The position numbers and the translations under genes were made by a program. Positions 37,362-45,810 of a stretch of DNA of 64,000 bases are shown here, piece by piece. Numbering within the stretch: the stretch's first letter is position 1; each line of letters begins with the position of its first letter. This DNA is from a virus: IMG/VR virus record IMGVR_UViG_3300037488_003551, positions 64,001 to 128,000 of that record; one strand, 5' to 3'. A model generated the notes under the pieces. The model did no database searches. It was not told the DNA's origin and saw only the letters and a program-made list of their open reading frames with translations.

Positions 37362-40300
37362 AAAAACTTACGTTTGAACAAATGGCCTTTTCGCGTGCGT
37401 CAGACGCTTGGTGTCCAGTTACGGGTAGAGCGTACGGCCCTAATATCCCGCGTGTTCATTCTGAGAGAATTCTTGCCAGCGTTGGAAATGCGAAGATTTA
37501 TAATCGCTTTTCGGAGAGTCAGGGCTTCGTACGTTATAGCGATGAACCCGGATGTTATGATCGTCCTGGAGAGCAGACACACGTATTTACGGAGCAAATT
37601 CTTTACTTAGAATCCTCTCTTTCAGCTATTCCTACGTTTAGCCGTGGACCTTGTGGGGATGGGTTATCACAAGATGGACGCCCTCTCGAGGTTTTTACTG
37701 TTGGAACAACCGGTCCCAGCGCTGAGTGGTTCCTTATTGATACCTTGATTCACGGCAATGAACCCGACGGTATTCTAGGAACGTTTGCGGCATTTGTTAC
37801 GCTTGCATGGCACGAGGATTTTGCCCCGCTACGTGACCAATATAGCCTCGCTCTCATGCCTTGCTGTAATCCAGATGGTTATTATATCGGACAGCGCAAT
37901 CTCAATCTTTTAGGCCCTCATCCGAGTGGTACTCCGACGGGTATTAACTTGAATCGAGTGTGGCCTTGGTTTTGGGATGAGTTTATCCCTACGGACGGGG
38001 AGTCAAAAGGCGATGTACCTATAACTTGCACGTTGGAATCTATTGCTATGGAAGCGTGGCGGGCTCCATTAGGCGTCCCGAAGAAGATAGCGTGGGCACT
38101 CGACCAGCATGCTACAGCCGGCGACGGCGCTCGATACGCTTCAAGAGATAGGTGCTTCCGTAATATCGACGAAGATGAGATGGAAAAGATTTGGGCAGAC
38201 TGGACGTTGCTTCGTCTGCTGCGTTCTATCCAAGCAAAGCGCGTGCACGAAGGTCCTAATCCAGACCTTTGGATTAACTACTTCCGGTCTCGGTGGAGGC
38301 CACATTGGCATTCGTACCTTTCGACACTTTCCAAAAATGGCAACGGAGGAATTCCGTGCTGCTCTTTTGTGGGCGAGCATAATAAGGTCTCTAGTCAGGT
38401 TGTCACGTCTGATTTGGAAACGTATAAGTCCGCATCTGACTTCAATTTCGATCATATCATCGCGCTGGCTCTTGTGGCGCAAGGCGGTATTACCGAGCGT
38501 AAGGCGGCCGTTTTTGTTGAGCACGAGGTTGGAGATAACCAAGTCCTGAACTCTGATTTTGCTCAGTGGAATTCACTTGATGCTGAATATCGTCCCAGTT
38601 GGTGGAGCTTGGGGCGCGCAGACCTTTTAGCATCAGAGCGTGCGGAAAGACACATGGAGGGTAATGGGCGTCCCGCGCGCTTGCAGGTAGATGTTTTAAT
38701 GGAGATTGAGGAACCCAACTACTGCGATAGTGTAGGTGGAAACGACATAGTGCTCGCGCACGGCGTTACAACTTCAGCTGTTATTTGTGCGAGAGCTCCG
38801 GCTGAAATAGGTATAGGAGTCCTCGCTGTCTATTCGTGGAATTTTGAATTAGACCCAGTAAAACTATTTGAAGAATCGTATCTAGCCGACCAACATAAAC
38901 AATGGAGGTTAGGTAAGTCGAGCGTCACTAGTGCCATTTATTTGGTCGGCTTAGGTGAGCGTACGGCTCCGTTGGATGCGGTCTTTACCAAGCACACATT
39001 GAGTGCAGGTGTATGGTCAGAGACAGTTCTCGTTACCCACACCGATTCTTTAGAAGATGCGGGTGCGTGTTTAGACCATGCCAATGGGAATCTCTATATC
39101 TTCGGAGGGCGCGGAAGTGCAACCTCCTCTTTAAAAGTTTATAAAGCAGATTGTACTGCTGAGACTTTTACGGAAGTAGGTACAGATCTCTGGGCTTCTG
39201 GTCGATACGGGATGGGTTCCTGTTTCTGTTCGGGCGGTGATTTGGGCGGGATGATTGTTTTAATAGGTGGAAATAATGATGGAGAGCTTGGTCTAGTTGT
39301 TTCAGTTTTTGACACGAGCGATAATTCTCTTGATTCGTATTTAGTTGACCCAGGGGATTCTGGCCTTGATCCACCGTCTATTATGCATTGTGCATGTGTG
39401 TATAATGGATATGATACGATATGGTTCTATGGCGGGGAATCGATAACGGGAGCGTTAATTTACCCTTCAGCCTATTCTATAACATGGAATGGGACTGGAT
39501 TCGACCCAATAGAGATTCACATGCTTGCGGCAGGTCTTTCGGATGATGGTGACCCTGAAGACTTTGCGGGTGATGAGGACTGGATTCGCCCGTTCCGCTA
39601 TTGGCGAGGGGTACGCGCGCGTGACCCGGATACCGGTCATTACGTGCACATGTTATGGGGAGGACTCGAGCGTCTATCTGATGGGACCGACGAGACCGAC
39701 CTTACCTTTCGCCGTGGCTTCTATACACACTATCTCGACACAGCAGAGATGGGTCGACCTTCGGATTATAACTTTGGTTACCTACGTTATAATACGCATT
39801 TTGATGTGCCAGTAAATGCGAAGATGGCTGTTTCTTGGAGTATGCGAGCTGACACGGTGGATGACGATACGCAGTCTGCAGCTTATGCGCGACTCAATAA
39901 CGCCCCAGGCGATAGTATCCTTGGAATTTTGACGACTCGTCGCGTACGAACATATTACATGCATCCTCCGCAATGGTGGTGGCGTGAGAATGCGAGTATT
40001 GATTGTCAGATGAAGCAGCCTTTGGATACCGAGGATGAATTACGTACGTACATTCGCGGTTATAGACAGGGCCAAGAACTTTTAACAGATGCTCCGATGG
40101 TACAGATGGATACGCTATGGCCGTCTTCTTGGAGTCCATTTGGAGTGACACGAGCTGTTGAGACTGCGACTTGGGCTAATACGTTGGACCCTCGGTGGTG
40201 CAGAGTGCAAATTGATTGGCTTCCGAGTGCACCGTTTATGGCAATGACGAATGACGTCAAGCTCGTGACTATTGGAGGAGACGAGGGTGGTCATATCGAG

Positions 40301-41368
40301 CTGTGGGCTGTAAACCCTGGAGATAATCAGCGAGAATACAATCGTAGGAATGTAGTTGGACCGTCCGAACCCGTTTTCAGGCTAAGACAAATTGTCGGGG
40401 AATCCCTAGAAGAATTAGATATCCCCTGTTATTGGGGTGGACATATCCGAGATATCGCAATAGGTAGGTTTGATTCTCCCATACAGTTTGAGCTGTGGAA
40501 TCATTCGGATTACGGCAGTGGTCTTGTAGTTCGTAATGGTTGGGCCGAAGGATGGATTCGCATTTCTAATAAAACCAACCTCGCGGAGTGGGTTACTCTA
40601 GGTGGAGTAGTTGTTCATGGTGGAGGTTGGTGGGGAGAACCCCAAATGCTCGAGATGGATAGGGTTTGGCGTAATAAATACGTTGAGACTTCTTTTCCGC
40701 AGGGTGCGCTTCACATAGGAGATCGCGATCCGACATCAGGCCAGGTCTCTTCTCGTGGCGTGTTTCGTTATAGCGATACTTTTAATCGGGTAGATGACTT
40801 TAACTTGGGAAACGACTGGCTTGTTATGCATCAGACGGGGAATGGTTGGAATGTTTCTTCTAATAAGGCTCGGTGTGAACAGGTTGGTTGGGAGAGGTGG
40901 ATTGCATATCCATATCTCCGAGATTGTTCAATCCTAGCAGAAGTAGAAGTTCCCAGCGGTGGTAAAGTTGGACTTTTCACTCGTTTGAATTGGACGTTAG
41001 CTTCCGGTACGTATCCCCATGGGTACTGCGGGCATCTTGATTGTACAGGCGCTACGACGGGTAATCTTATCATCACTCGGCACTACGTATTCGGAGAACT
41101 TGAAGAGGGTACAGAGGTGCTAGCTACGCAGGCAGTGACGTATAATGCGGGAACGGAGGTCACGCTCGAGCTTGCAGCTCTGGGGAGTGCTATCACTCTT
41201 ACGATGAGTGGCGCACATACTGGAACGGTAACTGTTTCAGACGTGGACCATATTTTGCCTGGTGCGTTTGGCTTATTCGGAGAATCGTCGGGCGTTGGAG
41301 CGTATGTGTGGGCAAACAATGTGCGCGCGAGCGTACCAGCAGGCATTAAGTTGCGTATTACGGAGTAG
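37358..41368 (+). CDS. M14 zinc carboxypeptidase + Kelch propeller + beta-sandwich tail-associated protein
   Basis: IHGNE, NPDG, INLNR, LDQH motifs; LYIFGG, IVLIGG, IWFYGG, MLWGG repeats; DTFNR...LGNDW C-domain. Confidence 0.8.
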   Translation: MKKLTFEQMAFSRASDAWCPVTGRAYGPNIPRVHSERILASVGNAKIYNRFSESQGFVRYSDEPGCYDRPGEQTHVFTEQILYLESSLSAIPTFSRGPCGDGLSQDGRPLEVFTVGTTGPSAEWFLIDTLIHGNEPDGILGTFAAFVTLAWHEDFAPLRDQYSLALMPCCNPDGYYIGQRNLNLLGPHPSGTPTGINLNRVWPWFWDEFIPTDGESKGDVPITCTLESIAMEAWRAPLGVPKKIAWALDQHATAGDGARYASRDRCFRNIDEDEMEKIWADWTLLRLLRSIQAKRVHEGPNPDLWINYFRSRWRPHWHSYLSTLSKNGNGGIPCCSFVGEHNKVSSQVVTSDLETYKSASDFNFDHIIALALVAQGGITERKAAVFVEHEVGDNQVLNSDFAQWNSLDAEYRPSWWSLGRADLLASERAERHMEGNGRPARLQVDVLMEIEEPNYCDSVGGNDIVLAHGVTTSAVICARAPAEIGIGVLAVYSWNFELDPVKLFEESYLADQHKQWRLGKSSVTSAIYLVGLGERTAPLDAVFTKHTLSAGVWSETVLVTHTDSLEDAGACLDHANGNLYIFGGRGSATSSLKVYKADCTAETFTEVGTDLWASGRYGMGSCFCSGGDLGGMIVLIGGNNDGELGLVVSVFDTSDNSLDSYLVDPGDSGLDPPSIMHCACVYNGYDTIWFYGGESITGALIYPSAYSITWNGTGFDPIEIHMLAAGLSDDGDPEDFAGDEDWIRPFRYWRGVRARDPDTGHYVHMLWGGLERLSDGTDETDLTFRRGFYTHYLDTAEMGRPSDYNFGYLRYNTHFDVPVNAKMAVSWSMRADTVDDDTQSAAYARLNNAPGDSILGILTTRRVRTYYMHPPQWWWRENASIDCQMKQPLDTEDELRTYIRGYRQGQELLTDAPMVQMDTLWPSSWSPFGVTRAVETATWANTLDPRWCRVQIDWLPSAPFMAMTNDVKLVTIGGDEGGHIELWAVNPGDNQREYNRRNVVGPSEPVFRLRQIVGESLEELDIPCYWGGHIRDIAIGRFDSPIQFELWNHSDYGSGLVVRNGWAEGWIRISNKTNLAEWVTLGGVVVHGGGWWGEPQMLEMDRVWRNKYVETSFPQGALHIGDRDPTSGQVSSRGVFRYSDTFNRVDDFNLGNDWLVMHQTGNGWNVSSNKARCEQVGWERWIAYPYLRDCSILAEVEVPSGGKVGLFTRLNWTLASGTYPHGYCGHLDCTGATTGNLIITRHYVFGELEEGTEVLATQAVTYNAGTEVTLELAALGSAITLTMSGAHTGTVTVSDVDHILPGAFGLFGESSGVGAYVWANNVRASVPAGIKLRITE

Positions 41369-41371
41369 CTA

Positions 41372-41764
41372 ATGGATGTCTCAAATGCTTTGACCCCTAT
41401 CCGAGGAGACGCGCGTTACGTCAAGAAACTCTTTAATCATGAGGATTTTTTTGATAACACGACAAACATTATTACACTGGGGTCATCCACAGATTTCGAG
41501 CATTTTGAAATCGAGTATGTCCTCCAACTCCCGGTCTCTGGGCGGTCGCATCATGGGATTATTTCTGTGGCGATACTGAGTACGTCTTCAGCTGAAATCG
41601 CTAATCATACCTACGAGTTCCCAGACAGTGAATTGGAAATCGAGACGCTTACTTATTCTGTAAACGTAAACGTTGGTATCGTACAATTGAGAGTATCTGT
41701 TGCAAGTGTCGGGGAGAACCCGACGTTCAACTACCGCATCGCCGCCATTTCGGCCGCGGATTAG
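41372..41764 (+). CDS. Hypothetical structural protein
   Basis: GGAG RBS; within tail cluster. Confidence 0.65.
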   Translation: MDVSNALTPIRGDARYVKKLFNHEDFFDNTTNIITLGSSTDFEHFEIEYVLQLPVSGRSHHGIISVAILSTSSAEIANHTYEFPDSELEIETLTYSVNVNVGIVQLRVSVASVGENPTFNYRIAAISAAD

Positions 41765-41776
41765 GAGAGACGAAGA

Positions 41777-42589
41777 ATGGCGACCAAAAATTATGGACTG
41801 GTTGGCCTTGGTGGCAATGTAGAGTTGAGCAAGGGTGGAGCTCGAATCAAGAATACAGCCGGCGTGGTCGAGGCGCGCAACAATGCGGACAGCGCATACG
41901 CGGTCGTTCGCGGTGACCATCCTGTCGGCTTGAATGACTTTGTAACTCTCCAGTATCTCAAGACAAAAGGCGATGTTGTCGTTATTGGGCAGATTCACGG
42001 CGGAGCTCCTCCCGCCGCGGGTTCTGCCGGTCGCGTGTACGTGTGCACGACAACGGGTGGCGGTTATACGATCAACCATCTGTATTTCGATAACGGAGTT
42101 TCTTGGGAAGATGTTGGGCCGGCTGAAGGCCAAACGATGGCGGTTACAGATGCTCTGGCAGGCGGAGCTGTCGCGTTTCTTGCGGACACGACTTATATCT
42201 GGAATGCGGATGCTACCGTTTGGGTTAACATCGGCCCATCCACCGTTACGGAATCGAAGCACGTCCTCAAGCGGTCGGCGGATATCGCGTACACCGATAC
42301 GGGTGTCGTGAATATCGGTGCCGCTGTTTCAGGGAATGGGCGTGTGTCAGGGGTTTGGATAAATGTAACGCAAATTTTCAATGGGGTGGCTCCCACGCTC
42401 ACGGTTGGTGACGCAGGAGATGCCGACCGTTTCGTTGCGACAACCGAAGTCGACCTGAAGACCGTGGGTCTGTACAAGATGGACGCCTCCCATTTGTTCA
42501 GCATCTCGACACAGGTTTACGCGACCGTGGTTCCTGACTCGAGTACGACTGGCGCCGCCAATATCACGCTGTACTACGCTGAAGCCTAG
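41777..42589 (+). CDS. Putative structural/decoration protein
   Basis: AGGAG RBS; V.Q.FNG...TLTVGD.GD.DRF beta-sandwich. Confidence 0.7.
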   Translation: MATKNYGLVGLGGNVELSKGGARIKNTAGVVEARNNADSAYAVVRGDHPVGLNDFVTLQYLKTKGDVVVIGQIHGGAPPAAGSAGRVYVCTTTGGGYTINHLYFDNGVSWEDVGPAEGQTMAVTDALAGGAVAFLADTTYIWNADATVWVNIGPSTVTESKHVLKRSADIAYTDTGVVNIGAAVSGNGRVSGVWINVTQIFNGVAPTLTVGDAGDADRFVATTEVDLKTVGLYKMDASHLFSISTQVYATVVPDSSTTGAANITLYYAEA

Positions 42590-42717
42590 AACTCGACCTA
42601 TTATTTCTACGACGCTGCTTTGCCTGTAACGGTACTGGTATCGTTAGGAGCTCGCCCGATGCGTGAGTTCCTACAGGTTTGGCAGTTTAAAAGTCCGCCG
42701 AAGACAGCAGGTGTAAC

Positions 42718-45700
42718 GTGGGATTCAAGTACGGAAATCTCGAAGGTACTCGTAAGCCTTTTCATATTGGTATTGGTACACAGGACGCGAGCGCGCAGCT
42801 GCAGGCCGATGCGACTGACAAGGGATTCCTCCCTCCCCGAATGACGACGGCTCAGAGAGCAGCCATCGTGGCCCCTGCTGAGGGCCTGTTGGTCTTCGAT
42901 ACGGATTTCGACGAGTACTACGTCTTCAAGTCTGCGAGCTGGAAGCAGCTGAGCGGGGTCCACGTGGGCGACCTCGCCTACTACGTGGACGGAACGAGTG
43001 GCAGTGACGCCAATGGCGGCACGGGCTGGGGAGACGCCAAGAAGACCTTCACGTTCATCCGTGAGACCTCGAAGGAAATCCCCCGAGTCATCATCGGCAA
43101 CCTGACCCTCAACGTGCGAGGGGTGGTTTGCTCGACGGATAATGTCCACAACTTGAATATTAAATCGTTCGTAGTGAGCGGCGGCATTTACGTTGCAGGC
43201 GAGATGACGGACGTGCACACAGGCCTAGCAGTCGTAGGCTTCGAGAATACGACGTCTGTCATTTCGCATCATAGCTACATCACGACTCCGGGTGAGGGTT
43301 GGGTCGCGGGGGACTTCAAAGGTTTCTACGTCATCATCACGGCTGGTACGGGCGCGGGCTCGACCTATTATCCGATTCTCGATAATACGGACGAGAGGTT
43401 GGAGCTCATTAATCTCCCAGACCTCTCAGTGACGAGCGTCTATTCGATTGTTTCCCCGTCAGAGATTCGTGGAGCTCTGGTTGCAGACCCGAGCACCTTG
43501 ATTGCGTACGTGGATGAGTTCCTTGAGGAGCAGGATAATAACGCGGCATATCTGCGTTTTAGTAAGTTGCTTATTACAGCGAATGACTCATTAACACCTG
43601 CTAACTATATTCGAGTAGGGAGTAGGTCCTCTATATCCCAAACAGATTGGTATAACTGTTCTATTAATTCTACATTTCAACAAGTTGAAAGTGGCGGACA
43701 CTATTTTCATTATTGTTGGGCCAGTTTAGATAATTACAGACTATGGACCTCGAGTGGTGGGGCTATTGGAAGTGGAGCTTTGGTTATTTATAGTTCTGTC
43801 TTTTACGCGTCGGGGACTACAGGGGGTGGTATTAAATATTATATGACACCTTTAGCGATATCACTGAGCCGTTTTAAAGGACAAGACCTCGCCATTGGTT
43901 ATTACGGCGCCACATACATTGAACTTTATGATTTATTTTTCGATAGCTGTAATATCGGATTAAGCGTATCTTGTTCGTCTGTTTACGTAGACGGTCAGCA
44001 TCGTTTTAAAGATACGCTTACAGCTATTTCTGTTTTAGGCGGACAACTTGTTTCTGCCGATAGCGCCACATACCTAACTGATACGGTAACGACCGAAATC
44101 TCGTTAGGTGGCGGAGAGACCTATGACTTCGCGGATATCGGTACGAAGAATATCTCGAATGCGGCGATGGGTTCTTCTGTCGTTGTTTTTAATTGGACAA
44201 CGGGACTCGTAGACCATGTCGAAGAGTACGATGGTACTACCTCGGGTCTTGTCGCAACCAAGTATCAAACAGCTATTGATGAACTAGCAGCGAATCAAGA
44301 GTCCGAAGCTATTACCTCTCCACTTACGATGTACGTGGATGGAACGACTGGCGATGACGCGAATGACGGCTTAGCGTGGGGCACAGCAAAAAAGACTTTG
44401 GGATTTCTTGTTGCAGGGCAAACCGATGCGCTGCCTAGAGAGATTAACGCCGCAGTTACCATCAATATTCGTAATGATATAAGGGCTAGAAGTAACTCTG
44501 TTCCGCCTTTATCTGTGAGAGATTTTTATGGTTCTGGTTCAATTACTCTGACAGGAGTTCTTACGTCGGTTGAAACTTTTACAGCTTCCACATATGAAAA
44601 TGATTTAAGTGTAAGAAAATCTCGATTATGGATTACGGACGGAACTAAGTCCTGGACTTCGAATCAATGGAGAAGGCACTTTGTAGATATTGGTAGTGGC
44701 TATTATTATCCAGTACGAGGTAATACGGGGACTAAACTTAATTTATGTAGTATTCAGTCTATTACAGGGACTCCCGCAGGTACAATATATTCAGCGCCTG
44801 AAATTCTCACTGAAGTTGTAACTAATCCGGGCACCAAGTACGATTTTGCACATCCGGGCTCCTTTAATGTTAGACAAAATACTATATCAATCTTTATAAA
44901 TAATTTGTGGTTTGATGAGTATTCCTACGTAGATTCTATGTTTGAGATAGTACGTTGTAATAGGGTAGAGCTTATTCGCGTAGCATTGGCTGATTTACTT
45001 TTAGAGTCATGTGATTTTGTATCCATAGTTTCTTGTTATTCGGACCTAACTGAATCTAAATATTCTCTCTTCGAGCACGCACATGTAGAAATTTTTTATT
45101 CTGTTATTGATAGTACGGATTCCACTGGGTATGGTATTTATTTTAATGGAGAAGTTCTGTTAAGGTTATATTCCACTTGGATGGGTAATCAGATTACAGG
45201 ATATTGGTTAGGGGCAAGTTCTCATATTTGGTTGTACGAAGGCGTCTATTTAGAAAATATTACTGACGGTATACTCCTATTTGATTCTACTTTTCACTAC
45301 GAAAACGGTGGAGTAAATGCAATACGTTTTGATACTGTAACGAAGGCTTTTAGTGGTTCTGGAGATATTATCGTATCTCAGGGACCAGAATTTTTAGGAT
45401 GGGACGTAACACAAGATATTGCCTTTTCGGCTGTAGACACTGGAACATTTGCGGAGTTAGATGCAGGTACTTTATCTAGTAGGGGTAATATCTCAATTAC
45501 TTATTTGGATGCTGATTATAGAGCGGTAGTGCTTCCAGAATACGACAACACGACCTCGGGCCTGGCGGCCACACGCTACCAGACCGCCATCGACGAGCTC
45601 GCCAACCGGGTTATTGTCGCGGACGAGACCTACTACGTTGACGGCACGAGCGGTGACGATGCTGCTGACGGGCTCGGATGGGGCACGGCGAAGAAGACCT

Positions 45701-45810
45701 TCGCGTTCCTGCGCACGGCCTATGGCGAGGTGCGTCCGCTCGTGACCTTCCGCGTGTACGCGCGAGGGACGGTGCTTTCCGTAGACAACGTGGGGCATCT
45801 TATGCCTTGA
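42718..45810 (+). CDS. Tail fibre protein with tandem beta-helix modules, third module truncated
   Basis: KGFLPPRMTT.QR.AI..PA.GL N-terminus; three YVDGT.G.D...G..W..AKKT units. Confidence 0.75.
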   Translation: MGFKYGNLEGTRKPFHIGIGTQDASAQLQADATDKGFLPPRMTTAQRAAIVAPAEGLLVFDTDFDEYYVFKSASWKQLSGVHVGDLAYYVDGTSGSDANGGTGWGDAKKTFTFIRETSKEIPRVIIGNLTLNVRGVVCSTDNVHNLNIKSFVVSGGIYVAGEMTDVHTGLAVVGFENTTSVISHHSYITTPGEGWVAGDFKGFYVIITAGTGAGSTYYPILDNTDERLELINLPDLSVTSVYSIVSPSEIRGALVADPSTLIAYVDEFLEEQDNNAAYLRFSKLLITANDSLTPANYIRVGSRSSISQTDWYNCSINSTFQQVESGGHYFHYCWASLDNYRLWTSSGGAIGSGALVIYSSVFYASGTTGGGIKYYMTPLAISLSRFKGQDLAIGYYGATYIELYDLFFDSCNIGLSVSCSSVYVDGQHRFKDTLTAISVLGGQLVSADSATYLTDTVTTEISLGGGETYDFADIGTKNISNAAMGSSVVVFNWTTGLVDHVEEYDGTTSGLVATKYQTAIDELAANQESEAITSPLTMYVDGTTGDDANDGLAWGTAKKTLGFLVAGQTDALPREINAAVTINIRNDIRARSNSVPPLSVRDFYGSGSITLTGVLTSVETFTASTYENDLSVRKSRLWITDGTKSWTSNQWRRHFVDIGSGYYYPVRGNTGTKLNLCSIQSITGTPAGTIYSAPEILTEVVTNPGTKYDFAHPGSFNVRQNTISIFINNLWFDEYSYVDSMFEIVRCNRVELIRVALADLLLESCDFVSIVSCYSDLTESKYSLFEHAHVEIFYSVIDSTDSTGYGIYFNGEVLLRLYSTWMGNQITGYWLGASSHIWLYEGVYLENITDGILLFDSTFHYENGGVNAIRFDTVTKAFSGSGDIIVSQGPEFLGWDVTQDIAFSAVDTGTFAELDAGTLSSRGNISITYLDADYRAVVLPEYDNTTSGLAATRYQTAIDELANRVIVADETYYVDGTSGDDAADGLGWGTAKKTFAFLRTAYGEVRPLVTFRVYARGTVLSVDNVGHLMP

